The notes beneath the pieces were generated by a model. That model saw only the letters and a list, made by a program, of their open reading frames with translations, ran no database searches and was not told the DNA's origin. A program made the translations under genes and the position numbers. Of a stretch of 64,000 bases of DNA, positions 1-9,500 are shown piece after piece (the stretch's first letter is position 1; each line of letters opens with the position of its first letter). Source of the DNA: Bacilli bacterium (GTDB lineage: Bacteria > Bacillota_I > Bacilli_A > ML615J-28 > CAG-313); the NCBI GenBank assembly GCA_045589955.1, contig JAZNQD010000009.1, positions 48,294-112,293 of the forward strand, in the 5' to 3' direction.

Positions 1-113
1 TTTCTTTAAGTGCTGCGTCAGCTTGTTCCTTTGTATCATAACCACCAAAAAGATTATTCAAGTCTATTTGACCAAAGTTATCTTCGTAGCATAAGACCCA
101 TACTTTTTTAGAC
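1..113 (-). CDS. hypothetical protein (partial, continues upstream of the window)
   Basis: Open minus-strand frame from window edge to ATG at 111-113, AGGAA-like RBS on minus upstream. Confidence 0.4.
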
Positions 114-132
114 ATTATTAAATTCCTTTTTA

Positions 133-357
133 CTATTTGTTAATAAAACCGAATACTTCTTCTTTAGCTTTATCTAAAGTGTTACAGAAATATTCATCTA
201 CCATAATTTCAAAGTTATCTTCAACCGCTAAAGTATCTATATAACTCAGAAATTCTTGTTGATCATCTGCACTAGAAAATGTCCAGGTTGCATTATTACC
301 TACATTACCCTTACAATCCAATTCAGTAACAGTAACAGTATAAATTTTATTCATCAA
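133..357 (-). CDS. hypothetical protein
   Basis: 74 aa ORF in tightly packed minus-strand block. Confidence 0.5.
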   Translation of the reverse strand: MMNKIYTVTVTELDCKGNVGNNATWTFSSADDQQEFLSYIDTLAVEDNFEIMVDEYFCNTLDKAKEEVFGFINK

Positions 358-618
358 TCATTCTCCTTCAAACTTTTGTTTTATAGATTCGCAGGTTTCA
401 AACTTAATACTGGCTAAATCAATTTCAATAATATTAGCACTACTATTTATTTGATCATTAACACCAGTATTATTTTCATTATATTCATTGACATAATCAC
501 AAATCTTTTGAGCTTCTTTTTTATTATCCGTGATTATGTTTTCAATACAATCAGGATCAAGATTATATATACCACTTTCTGTTGTATTGTAAGATTGAAT
601 TATATATATTTTAGTCAT
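358..618 (-). CDS. hypothetical protein
   Basis: 86 aa ORF, abuts neighbours. Confidence 0.5.
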   Translation of the reverse strand: MTKIYIIQSYNTTESGIYNLDPDCIENIITDNKKEAQKICDYVNEYNENNTGVNDQINSSANIIEIDLASIKFETCESIKQKFEGE

Positions 619-629
619 GTCTTACCTCC

Positions 630-845
630 TTAAAACATTCTAGTTTCATTATACGAAAGAAAGTAGTCGACATACTTCTTAAATTCTTCTAAAGACATAT
701 CATATTCTTTAGCATACTTTTCTAATTCTTCTTCGCTAACATTAGGTTGGTCACATATAAAATCAGGAAAGTGTCCGCATTCATAACAATCTTTCCACTC
801 TTCTTTAACTTGACGTTTTAGTTTAGCATCAGTCCATTTAGTCAT
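630..845 (-). CDS. hypothetical Cys/His-containing small protein
   Basis: 71 aa ORF with CYECGH...C motif. Confidence 0.5.
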   Translation of the reverse strand: MTKWTDAKLKRQVKEEWKDCYECGHFPDFICDQPNVSEEELEKYAKEYDMSLEEFKKYVDYFLSYNETRMF

Positions 846-1251
846 GCCCTAACTCCTTCCAATGTTCAATTACATAGCTTGCCATATAATTGATGTCTTT
901 AGCTAATTCTCCAAAGTCAGTTGTCTCATATATACAATACTCACAATCATCATATACATCACCGGTATCAGGATTATATGGAAGATTGAAGTCTATATCA
1001 TAATCGCATTGCATCATACTATTTGACGGTTGATAACCAACTTTAACAGCAAGTCTCCAAGTATCATCTTGATATTTATCTTTAGCCGGATCATTCTTAT
1101 CAAAACCATTTGTCCAGCCTAAGACAATAGCAATATCTTTATCACCTTGACTACAAACTTTCCAATGATAACAACCACCTTGTTCTTTAGTAGAAGCAAG
1201 ATAGTCAGCAGCATTTTTAAGTTGGTCACTCGTTACATAAGGTATTGTCAT
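838..1251 (-). CDS. hypothetical protein
   Basis: 137 aa ORF overlapping downstream gene by 8 nt. Confidence 0.55.
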   Translation of the reverse strand: MTIPYVTSDQLKNAADYLASTKEQGGCYHWKVCSQGDKDIAIVLGWTNGFDKNDPAKDKYQDDTWRLAVKVGYQPSNSMMQCDYDIDFNLPYNPDTGDVYDDCEYCIYETTDFGELAKDINYMASYVIEHWKELGHD

Positions 1252-1303
1252 TACTTATCTCCTTATATTGTGGTTAGAAAAACTATATAATAATATTAAG
1301 TAC

Positions 1304-1672
1304 TCAATCTATAGTTGGATATGTTCTACACGGATCGTTAATACCATGAGCACCAAGTTTAGGATCATATTCTCTAAAGGCATTTAGTAATGCTTTAGTA
1401 CATTTATCTTTTGGTACATATACTGTAATAGTACCACATGTTCCAGATGTACCTTCCCAACTACATCTAAAATTATATTTCTTAGCAATTGCTTGACGTG
1501 TTTCTGACGGAATACCATTGATAAGATAAACTTTAGTAAATCTTTCGTCAATAACTTTACGTCTTACAGAATCAACAATGTATTCTAAATTATCTAAAGC
1601 ATTAAATACATTGTCTTCTTTACAAATAGTTGCTGTAATTTCATCAATCAAATCTTTACATTCATTATTCAT
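1304..1672 (-). CDS. hypothetical protein
   Basis: 122 aa ORF. Confidence 0.55.
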   Translation of the reverse strand: MNNECKDLIDEITATICKEDNVFNALDNLEYIVDSVRRKVIDERFTKVYLINGIPSETRQAIAKKYNFRCSWEGTSGTCGTITVYVPKDKCTKALLNAFREYDPKLGAHGINDPCRTYPTID

Positions 1673-1828
1673 TGCTTACCCTCCTTTAATTCATGTATTA
1701 ACTTAACTAAATCTTCTTTAGCTTGTTGATACGCTTCATAGTTATGTTCTTTATTTACAGCAGCTTCAATAAAAGTAACTACTGTATCAATAATATATTC
1801 ATCTTCTTGATATTCTTCATCATCCATT
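1669..1828 (-). CDS. small acidic hypothetical protein (52 aa, below ORF-track cutoff)
   Basis: ATG at 1826-1828 with AGGAAAG RBS; stop TGA overlaps next start (ATGA). Confidence 0.4.
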
Positions 1829-1849
1829 ATTTACTTTCCTTTCGTTATA

Positions 1850-2095
1850 TTATAGTAAAGTATTTTGTAAAGCATTCATACCTTCTTCTAAAGTCTCTAC
1901 TCTATATTGTTCAGGATTTTGAGAAGGTTTACCAATACTATAAAAGAATTTATTACGTTCTTCATCACAAGCAGTATATTTAGGATAGGCTTCAACATAT
2001 CCTAAAGTTTTATTTTTACATTTAAGTGTAGCTCTTATTACTCCATAATCTGTTACACTTTTTTTCCAATGCACTTCTGATTTAAGATAACCCAT
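1850..2095 (-). CDS. hypothetical protein
   Basis: 81 aa ORF; the antisense 1723..1983 ORF is low complexity. Confidence 0.5.
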   Translation of the reverse strand: MGYLKSEVHWKKSVTDYGVIRATLKCKNKTLGYVEAYPKYTACDEERNKFFYSIGKPSQNPEQYRVETLEEGMNALQNTLL

Positions 2096-2110
2096 TTGTA
2101 TTTACTCCTT

Positions 2111-2467
2111 TCACGTTTCTTTATATTGACAGCATTCATAGGCTTTAAGATGTTCGGCACAAGTAACAGTTTGTAAACCAACTCTTTCCTCAATTCTTGC
2201 TCCAGTACTCATAATATCTTTTAGATTAACATTATCAATATTTGCATGTTCAGATATTCTAAAACCTGTACCGTAGCGTGATGATGGTTTATGTCTAGTT
2301 GAAAAGTATACAGTTCCGAGCATCCAATCAATACCAAATGCTATTACTTGTGTACCTAAACTATTTGTAATAAAACCATACGAACCTAATTCAGATACAA
2401 ATATTCTTAGCCCTTGCTTGTGTGCTTTTTTAACAAGTGTGCTTATCTCATTCTTATACAACATCAA
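2111..2467 (-). CDS. hypothetical protein
   Basis: 118 aa ORF. Confidence 0.55.
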   Translation of the reverse strand: MMLYKNEISTLVKKAHKQGLRIFVSELGSYGFITNSLGTQVIAFGIDWMLGTVYFSTRHKPSSRYGTGFRISEHANIDNVNLKDIMSTGARIEERVGLQTVTCAEHLKAYECCQYKET

Positions 2468-2520
2468 TCGTTCTCCTTAATGTGGTCAGAAAAAAAATTA
2501 CATAATAATTTATAAGTTTT

Positions 2521-2991
2521 TTACCACTCATCGTCATCTTCATCATCATCAAAATTTTCTGGTGGTAAACTATTCCAACGATTACCAGCTTGGTCTACAA
2601 TATTTACTACTGTCCAATCTGAGTCTGAATCATCAAAGCTAACTTCAATTTCACCTTCAGCTTCAAATATTGCACCAAGATTCTTTATTTGTTCTGGTGT
2701 ATACTTACTAAATAACGCAGCATCTAATTTACAAACACTAACCATACCAGCATCTGCAACAAATTCACCACTATTAACTGTTTCACCAAGTAAAGTATTA
2801 CTCCAATCACCAAAGCCTGTTCCTGAAGCATAAGCCTTACTACCGGTTAATTTAGTTAATGCTTCAGCGACTAGTCTATCAAATTTACCATTACAAAAAT
2901 CATCACTAGTGCATTGACCGCAAATATTATCCCATACATCATTATCTATAATATAGCATGGGTCAGTCACAAGATAAGTTATTTTTGGCAT
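2521..2991 (-). CDS. hypothetical protein with acidic C-terminal tail
   Basis: 156 aa ORF ending DDDEDDDEW. Confidence 0.55.
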   Translation of the reverse strand: MPKITYLVTDPCYIIDNDVWDNICGQCTSDDFCNGKFDRLVAEALTKLTGSKAYASGTGFGDWSNTLLGETVNSGEFVADAGMVSVCKLDAALFSKYTPEQIKNLGAIFEAEGEIEVSFDDSDSDWTVVNIVDQAGNRWNSLPPENFDDDEDDDEW

Positions 2992-3003
2992 TTACATTCT
3001 CCT

Positions 3004-3432
3004 TTAACAGTTGATTGCATTAAATTGTTTTTGTAATTTATTTAGTAACTTCGCAGACGGTTTATAATCTGGGAAGTAGCATTGTGTAAGATGAAGTGGT
3101 GTAGAATAGCTATAAGTTAAACCACACTCATGATTCCACCATTCAGATTCAAAGATGTCTTCTGGTTTACATTCAGCTTTAATCTTCTCATCTATTTGAT
3201 TATAAAATTCATGTCGTTTAGCAAATGCTTCTCTAGTTCCGATTCCACCACAGCCATCACCTACAAGTAAGCCAGACTCAATATCTGCTTCTGTATAACC
3301 GTTGCGTTCAAGATATTCCTTAAACTGTTTATCACCAAACACATATTCAATACCTTCAAACTTTTGTGTTCGGCAAATCTCTTTAAGCTCATTGTAACGT
3401 TTAACTGTCATGATAACCTCCTTTGTCAGCAT
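3004..3432 (-). CDS. hypothetical protein
   Basis: 142 aa ORF. Confidence 0.55.
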   Translation of the reverse strand: MLTKEVIMTVKRYNELKEICRTQKFEGIEYVFGDKQFKEYLERNGYTEADIESGLLVGDGCGGIGTREAFAKRHEFYNQIDEKIKAECKPEDIFESEWWNHECGLTYSYSTPLHLTQCYFPDYKPSAKLLNKLQKQFNAINC

Positions 3433-3611
3433 TCTAAAAACATGACAACATCTAAGGGTTCATTAAATTTAGGTTGAGCGTTTAAGTGTTCTTTAAGACG
3501 CTCTTTATCTTCTTCACTCATCTCATTCAATTGATTAGCAAGTCTTGAATAAAATCCTTGTGAAGATTTCAAACTGTTTACGGTATTTACAAACATTGTA
3601 TAATTATCCAT
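3426..3611 (-). CDS. hypothetical protein
   Basis: 61 aa ORF. Confidence 0.45.
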   Translation of the reverse strand: MDNYTMFVNTVNSLKSSQGFYSRLANQLNEMSEEDKERLKEHLNAQPKFNEPLDVVMFLEC

Positions 3612-3615
3612 GGTC

Positions 3616-3849
3616 TTATCCTTTCGATCTAATTAAATACTCAGATGCTTCATCAATGATATACTCTTTACCGGATATCATTGTAAGCTTTACTAACGCC
3701 TTTTTTGTTTGTGGATCCTTTACTGTTCTAAACGACTCAACACAATTTATATTAACATCAACACATCCAGCTAATTGATATGTGAGTGTCATAGATTCAG
3801 AATCAACAGGGCGAAGTTCATACACTGTAACATTAGCATACATATTCAT
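3616..3849 (-). CDS. hypothetical protein
   Basis: 77 aa ORF. Confidence 0.5.
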   Translation of the reverse strand: MNMYANVTVYELRPVDSESMTLTYQLAGCVDVNINCVESFRTVKDPQTKKALVKLTMISGKEYIIDEASEYLIRSKG

Positions 3850-3853
3850 TGTC

Positions 3854-4030
3854 TTATCCCTTTACATTAAAGTTGGTATAAAGATAAGTATCACTAGTCC
3901 AATACTTAATCGGATCTGTGTAATTTCCAAACTTATCTCGCTCAGGTGTTAAAATGCAAATCAAAAAGATTACTTGGATTGATAGCATTATAAACGATGT
4001 GAATAAAAAAGTAAATGATTTTTTTAGCAT
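3854..4030 (-). CDS. small membrane protein (58 aa)
   Basis: Hand-translated: MLKKSFTFLFTSFIMLSIQVIFLICIL..., hydrophobic; start overlaps upstream stop. Confidence 0.35.
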   Translation of the reverse strand: MLKKSFTFLFTSFIMLSIQVIFLICILTPERDKFGNYTDPIKYWTSDTYLYTNFNVKG

Positions 4031-4128
4031 AAGTCTATTCCTTCATCTGCAATTATTACAGTTTGAGTTTCGCGACTACCAGGTTTCAATATCACCAAGC
4101 CAATCGCAACAGTTTTAATTGTACTCAT
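4024..4128 (-). CDS. small hypothetical protein (34 aa)
   Basis: Hand-translated MSTIKTVAIGLVILKPGSRETQTVIIADEGIDLC; translationally coupled. Confidence 0.3.
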   Translation of the reverse strand: MSTIKTVAIGLVILKPGSRETQTVIIADEGIDLC

Positions 4129-4179
4129 TGGTTTAATCCTTTCATAAAAGTTATAAACGACGCTCTTAACAATATATGA

Positions 4180-4380
4180 TTAGTAACACGTATAGGCAAC
4201 AATGTCTTCCTCGTAATTGCCATAATCATATCCAATATATTTACCTTCAGCAGTAAAGTTTGAATTGGTTGCTCGCATTGTTTCTTCTAATGCTTGCTTA
4301 TTACTATCGGCACATATTGCACAATCTAAAACGGTATCAAATAAGATATATCCGTTTTCTGCTTCTCTAACTTCTAACAT
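4180..4380 (-). CDS. hypothetical protein
   Basis: 66 aa ORF. Confidence 0.5.
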   Translation of the reverse strand: MLEVREAENGYILFDTVLDCAICADSNKQALEETMRATNSNFTAEGKYIGYDYGNYEEDIVAYTCY

Positions 4381-4462
4381 GATTTTTTCCTTTCAAAATT
4401 GTGGTTGGTTGTATAAAAAAAGGACATGCTAAGCACATCCTTTTCTGTCATTAGCGGCGCTC

Positions 4463-4804
4463 TTAAGCTAATTGATAAACGCCTTTTTGTTCAGTCTTTT
4501 GTAATACCCCTTTTTTAGCAAGTAACCATACTCTATCCGCTACTTGTTTATTAGCGACGCTCTTACCTTTATCTTTGAGCCGCGTCACTACTTGAGATAT
4601 AGCCAGGGGGGTACCGGCGGCGGTAAACACTTCAATCAAATCCTTAGTAAACTGACCAGGAGCGCCGCTCTTAACTCTTTTAACCGGTTTGGATTCCTCT
4701 ACTTCCTCACTAGGTTCCATATTAAATACTTTCGGGATATTTACTTCACGCAAACTCGCAACTTGTTCTGCGCTTAAACCCGGTTGTTTATCTTCATCAT
4801 TCAT
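4463..4804 (-). CDS. putative DNA-binding (winged-helix-like) protein
   Basis: 113 aa, basic C-terminal half (RVWLLAKKGVLQKTEQKGVYQL); locally GC-richer; carries repeated GCGnCGCTCTTAA motif. Confidence 0.4.
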   Translation of the reverse strand: MNDEDKQPGLSAEQVASLREVNIPKVFNMEPSEEVEESKPVKRVKSGAPGQFTKDLIEVFTAAGTPLAISQVVTRLKDKGKSVANKQVADRVWLLAKKGVLQKTEQKGVYQLA

Positions 4805-5022
4805 GATTTTTTCCTTTCAGTTGGTTGATACAAAATTAAATGCGTATATATTCTAAAATAAAAAATATATAATATAATAACCTAATACACACTAGATTAT
4901 TGTATTATATATCTCATACCTCAGATATGCCAAACCGCTCTCCTTGGTCAATATAAAGACATTCTACTCAATCTATTATATATATCTCTATATCTTTTTT
5001 AACTCTATTAAATAAGTCTTAT

Positions 5023-5400
5023 ATAAATTGCAATAAATTTTAATATATCTTATTTAATTATTATATATTTATTATATCAATCACTTATCAACATATAAAT
5101 ATATAACTTTCAACATGCTTTTTTATATCTACTTATTTTGAAGTTTTAAGGTTAATAAATAAATTTGATATAAATTGCTAAAAAATTTTAATATCTTTTA
5201 TTTATTTTATATATTTATTTTAACCTCAAACTCTCTACATGCGAATATATTTTATCCACCATGCTTTTTTATTTATTCCAATCATTGAGCTTAATATAAA
5301 TTGCTAAAAATTTTAATATCTCTCAATCATTATTATAATTTTATTTTAACCGGTTTTCATCTACATGCGAATATATTTAAATCAACATGTAATCCAGCCC
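5023..5400. repeat. three ~125-bp tandem direct repeats (core TATAAATTGCTAAAAATTTTAATATCT ... CTACATGCGAATATATTT)
   Basis: Units start near 5023, 5169, 5294; exact 18-mer CTACATGCGAATATATTT at 5235 and 5359. Confidence 0.8.
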
Positions 5401-5510
5401 TTCCTTACCATATAATCCCTAACATGTACATATATTTTGCCTAACATGCCGGCGGGGGCCCGGGGGTGGGGGCCTTTACATGTAGGGGTAAAAAGTCAAC
5501 ATGCCGGCCC

Positions 5511-5615
5511 AGTAGGTATCTAAGCGGGAATGGTAGGTATCTAAGGCGTCTCGGCGTATCTCGGTGTGTTATTGTTAGGCAGTAGTATCGGTAGGTATCT
5601 AAGGCATCGGGATCG
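5511..5615. repeat. 14-mer iteron GGTAGGTATCTAAG x3 within G-rich island
   Basis: Copies at about 5513, 5534, 5600; surrounded by G-runs (GGCGGGGGCCCGGGGGTGGGGG) unusual for this AT-rich genome. Confidence 0.75.
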
Positions 5616-6637
5616 GTTATAGGAATTAGGGCATAGGCATTATCTCGGGCAGTAGGTAGGGAGGCAGCGGTGGCGGTAATCATATGGTCGTGTATGGAGG
5701 CCCGTGGGATAGTAGAAAAGTCGGTGTAGTTAGTTATGAGGGAAAAGTAGAAAGGTGTGTTGTATGGCGATTATATGGGGCAATGCTATTATATGAGGCG
5801 GTGGCGAGTAGAAGGAGGAGTTTTTTATAGATAGAGTATGTCAGACCAGAATATTATAGAAGTATACTTTATCTATATGTTAGTAATACATTTATGTCGG
5901 GAGAAGTGTATTGATTTGTATTACTATAGGAAAGACTCGCCACCATGAGGAGTTGAGTATTATTATTCTTTATTGAAGGGGAAGAATTCTGTTGTAGATT
6001 CTTTATTATTAGACCACCATGATTCTATACGATTATTTGCCCAGTGTATTCTTATATTATATTTATCGTTAGAGTTAGTGGTATTTTGGGTATTGAACAT
6101 TTTATCCATTACTTTTGATGCGGTGGAATTGAATGCGGATATGTTTATAGAGGTATTATTTTTTACTGTATCGTTTATTTCTTTTATTGTAGTTGGTTTA
6201 GTATACATTTCTTCTTTATCTATGGATTGAGAGTATAGTATTCTTGACATGTTGTATATATTCCTTTTTATTAGATATATTGAGTGTGTATATATGTTTT
6301 TTTGAATTGGTTTATTATATAGCGTGTAATAAATTATAAGTAAAGCAGTAATATTGTGTTAGTTATAAAAAAAGAAAAAAGACCAGTATGTGTATATATG
6401 TGGGGATATATATTACTGATCTTTTCTGTGTGTTAGTGTATATATTATATTGTGATGATTGATATTGTAGAGAGAATATTTTGGGGAATCATATAACTAG
6501 TAGGGAACTATATATGTATTCTTTCTACTTTATCTGATTTATATATACACACTAATAAGGAGGAGTTAGTATATGGTAGTATATATTGTTTTATTTTATT
6601 TGTAAAGTATTTTTTTATGTTGTGCGTAAGTTTTATT

Positions 6638-6672
6638 TTAGGTATAAGAAAAGGCGAATATTTTAGTAATAC
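6638..6672 (-). terminator. rho-independent terminator of 6698..7183 gene
   Basis: Hairpin AGGCGGGTATTACTAAAATATTCGCCT followed by T-run on minus strand. Confidence 0.5.
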
Positions 6673-6697
6673 CCGCCTGTTTCGATTTGTAGAGAAA

Positions 6698-7183
6698 TTA
6701 GTCTGTTAGTAGTCCGTCTTCTTTTAGTAGTTGACGAATAAACATTAGACCTTTGCTAGTCCAGTAGGTATGTGCTCTTGATAGAGGTTTGCCTTGACCG
6801 GTAGAAGCGTATTCGTACCAGCATATACGTGTTAGTCCTTGGTTTTGGTATTTAGCGTAAAGAACCCATACTTCTCCTTGTTGGAATTGTACTTTTTTGT
6901 TCTTTAAGTATTGGTTTAGTTTTATTGCGGACCAACCAAAACTTTTAGCTATTACCGTTGTTGTGAAGAGGCTAGAAGAAGATACTAACTCATCAAATGC
7001 ATCAGCTTTAATTTTAAGTTTAGCATTTTCTTTCTTAAGTTGTTTTACTTTTTCTTCTAGTTTAGCCTTTTCTTCTTGGACACGTTTGAGGGCACTAGGT
7101 CTTTTGGACTTTTTCTTTACTTGTTTTGTTTCGTATTCAGGGAATAATGTACCTTGTAATACGTTTTGATTTGTTTTGTTCAT
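6698..7183 (-). CDS. hypothetical protein, possible KilAC-like antirepressor C-terminal domain
   Basis: 161 aa; Lys-rich coiled-coil N-terminus, C-terminal half resembles KilAC-type domains (weak). Confidence 0.3.
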   Translation of the reverse strand: MNKTNQNVLQGTLFPEYETKQVKKKSKRPSALKRVQEEKAKLEEKVKQLKKENAKLKIKADAFDELVSSSSLFTTTVIAKSFGWSAIKLNQYLKNKKVQFQQGEVWVLYAKYQNQGLTRICWYEYASTGQGKPLSRAHTYWTSKGLMFIRQLLKEDGLLTD

Positions 7184-7237
7184 AATTATATGTATTAAAA
7201 ATTAGTTACAATAATGTTTTTAAACTTGTTGACTAGA

Positions 7238-7690
7238 TTATTCTGTTTTTTCTTTATTAAACATTTCTGGGAATAATTCTAGTATTTTATCTTTTATACA
7301 TTCTACGGAGTTTGTTTCTGTTATTGTATTCCATAGTTTCTTTTGTTCGTCATTAAATTTTACTACAATGGTTTTATATGTATTATCGAAGGAATCGTCA
7401 TAGGTAGTTACAACCCAGGGTGCAGTATCAACAATTCGAGATAATCTACAAGCTGGACAATTACAACCTTCTGTGTCATATTCTCCATCGTCATTACCCC
7501 AACATTCATAATTTCCACCACCCATACGAGTATATATAAGTAAATCGTAGTCTGTTACTGGACATTCTTCATCTTTAGTAAAAATATCTCTGAATCTGGG
7601 TATTTCTTGGTCTATACGAAAGCCTAATATTGCACTTCCTACTACTACTAAATTACCATTCATTCCGTGTACCATATTATATAAAGACAT
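7238..7690 (-). CDS. hypothetical protein
   Basis: 150 aa ORF. Confidence 0.55.
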   Translation of the reverse strand: MSLYNMVHGMNGNLVVVGSAILGFRIDQEIPRFRDIFTKDEECPVTDYDLLIYTRMGGGNYECWGNDDGEYDTEGCNCPACRLSRIVDTAPWVVTTYDDSFDNTYKTIVVKFNDEQKKLWNTITETNSVECIKDKILELFPEMFNKEKTE

Positions 7691-7706
7691 ATTTATTACT
7701 CCTTTT

Positions 7707-8063
7707 TTATAATTTTAATATTTTGCGTATTAAATAACATACCATGATTGAATTGTTATGTATTTTATTACCGTTATTGATTTTCCATCCTGATTGATTA
7801 CTATAGTCACTATATACATGTACTAATTTAAGGTTATCTTTTACTAGTGTATCATTATGTATAAGATCATTTTCTTTTTCCATTACACTATAACACTCTC
7901 TAGATTCTAATGTAAAACCGACACTATATAATATCTCAGCAATTAAATTACCTAATTCGAATGTTCTATGACTAGAATATTCGAGCTGTAATATATTTGC
8001 ATTTATTATTTTCGCATAGGTATATAATAAATGTTTGTAGTATGTTATATTATCGTAAGCCAT
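7707..8063 (-). CDS. hypothetical protein
   Basis: 118 aa ORF. Confidence 0.5.
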   Translation of the reverse strand: MAYDNITYYKHLLYTYAKIINANILQLEYSSHRTFELGNLIAEILYSVGFTLESRECYSVMEKENDLIHNDTLVKDNLKLVHVYSDYSNQSGWKINNGNKIHNNSIMVCYLIRKILKL

Positions 8064-8424
8064 TTAATCTAATTAGTCCTTCTAATACTTTAACATTTTC
8101 GTTTGGTGATATCTGCAGAGTAATATAGGTACGATCGATAGCAGCACGTCGTCTACAGTATGATCTATGTTTCGGTGCAGATAGTTTAAGGTTATAGTCT
8201 ATTTGTTCTTTAAAGATTGAATCGAAACGAGTTGATAGTTCTGACATTACACCTTTTGCGGTGGTAATATCTTTATTATAATCTGAATCGAAGTATAATC
8301 TACAAAAACCCGGATTACGTTTACTTTTTTTAATTACGAATTCTTTAAAACCCATTTGTTTTGCAGTATAGGTAAGTAAGCATTTCTCTATTTTACGAAA
8401 TTGTTTATTGAGTATCTTGTCCAT
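8050..8424 (-). CDS. hypothetical protein
   Basis: 124 aa ORF; GGGAG RBS; promoter upstream. Confidence 0.55.
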   Translation of the reverse strand: MDKILNKQFRKIEKCLLTYTAKQMGFKEFVIKKSKRNPGFCRLYFDSDYNKDITTAKGVMSELSTRFDSIFKEQIDYNLKLSAPKHRSYCRRRAAIDRTYITLQISPNENVKVLEGLIRLNGLR

Positions 8425-8451
8425 TGTTATCTCCCGTTATAATTTAGTTTA

Positions 8452-8490
8452 ATTATATTCATCAAATAGTATAAAGTAAAACAAAATTTT
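8452..8490 (-). promoter_or_regulatory. sigma70-like promoter (TTTGTTTTACTTT-17-TATAAT)
   Basis: Minus-sense -35 TTTACT and perfect -10 TATAAT with 17-nt spacer, about 30 nt upstream of ATG at 8424. Confidence 0.55.
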
Positions 8491-8541
8491 GGCTTTATTT
8501 TTTATATATTTACTATATTATGCGTAATAAGGAGATAAAAT

Positions 8542-8883
8542 ATGTTTGGAACTAATGTTGATGAAGTTATATTGCGAAGTATAATGCTTAAATGGTTAAA
8601 TATGCGTGGACCAAGATACGGTACAGTAATTACTTCTGACACCACCGCAAAGGCAAGTTGTGTATATAATAAGAAATTAGAAAACGACTTACTTGAATTG
8701 CGTGAGTTATTTACTAATACTAATTTAATTATTACGTATAAAATATTGACATACGAAAAGACTAATGATAGGATTGTAATTGAATTTGAAGTACCAGAAA
8801 CAGCGAATAGGCCATTTATAGTAGGTATGTTACGATTATATAATAAATTAGATACAGATTTGCCTATAATGGGTGAATATTAA
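8542..8883 (+). CDS. hypothetical protein
   Basis: 113 aa ORF with AAGGAG RBS. Confidence 0.55.
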   Translation: MFGTNVDEVILRSIMLKWLNMRGPRYGTVITSDTTAKASCVYNKKLENDLLELRELFTNTNLIITYKILTYEKTNDRIVIEFEVPETANRPFIVGMLRLYNKLDTDLPIMGEY

Positions 8884-9410
8884 CGGTTATTGCTAAAGAA
8901 GAAGCGTTTAGCAAAATATAAAATTGAAATACATATTAGAGTAGCAGGAACAACTACATACTTAAAAAATTTATAGATAAAAGATGATATATTAGCTATA
9001 ACCCTATATATTTTCTTACTTATGGATATTATACGATCCTTTGTTGTTACCGGTTTAGGTTCCGATTCTTTATATAATTCATCTAAAATATCAGCATTTT
9101 CTTTTAATTTACGGTTTATTTCATCCATCTTTCTAATAAAGTCATCTAATTCTTCTTCAGTCGCATTTTTAAAGATGGATTCTAAGTCATCATTGTGTAA
9201 AGATTCATCATATTTTCTACGTGTTAAAGGATTAGTTAATGTAGAATATGCTTCATTTATCTTTTTAAATTTTTCAGTAGTTTTAGGATTAATATCAGGA
9301 TGGTACTTTTTAGCCAAAACTTTAAATGCAGCTTTAATTTCTTCTAAAGTTGCTGTTTGTTCAATACCAAGAATATCATAATGTGTTATTGTCATATTAA
9401 TCCCCTCCAT
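8880..9410 (-). CDS. J-domain (DnaJ-like) protein with C-terminal transmembrane segment
   Basis: N-terminal YDILGIEQTATLEEIKAAFKVLAKKYHPDINP with HPD motif; C-terminal hydrophobic helix. Confidence 0.7.
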   Translation of the reverse strand: MEGINMTITHYDILGIEQTATLEEIKAAFKVLAKKYHPDINPKTTEKFKKINEAYSTLTNPLTRRKYDESLHNDDLESIFKNATEEELDDFIRKMDEINRKLKENADILDELYKESEPKPVTTKDRIISISKKIYRVIANISSFIYKFFKYVVVPATLICISILYFAKRFFFSNNR

Positions 9411-9431
9411 TATATATATTCATTATACAGT

Positions 9432-9466
9432 ATTTTACTATACATGTAAAACAGTTTTTAATATTT
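9432..9466 (-). promoter_or_regulatory. sigma70-like promoter (CTGTTTTACA-17-TATAAT)
   Basis: Minus-sense TTTACA, 17-nt spacer, TATAAT; upstream of J-domain gene. Confidence 0.55.
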
Positions 9467-9500
9467 TTTTAATTATTTAAATTTTTTAATTCTAATAAGT

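Noticed and set aside
1723-1983. Plus-strand ORF 1723..1983
   Set aside because: The translation is low-complexity Ile/Phe/Tyr-rich and antisense to better minus-strand genes (1669..1828, 1850..2095) in a uniformly minus-strand block.
5023-5400. Possible CRISPR array
   Set aside because: The repeat units are about 125 bp and contiguous with no unique spacers of CRISPR size; these are tandem direct repeats, not CRISPR.
5441-6250. ORFs 5441..5683 (-), 5963..6250 (-), 5973..6230 (+)
   Set aside because: These are low-complexity translations (Pro/Arg-rich or Ile/Leu/Val-rich) of the G-rich and GT-rich noncoding region. Mutually overlapping opposite-strand frames and the absence of RBS argue against coding.
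6560-6605. 10-codon mini-ORF (MVVYIVLFYL) preceded by a perfect TAAGGAGGAG Shine-Dalgarno
   Set aside because: It is too short to call and may simply be a fortuitous SD-like purine run in the GT-rich region. It is noted as a possible leader peptide only.
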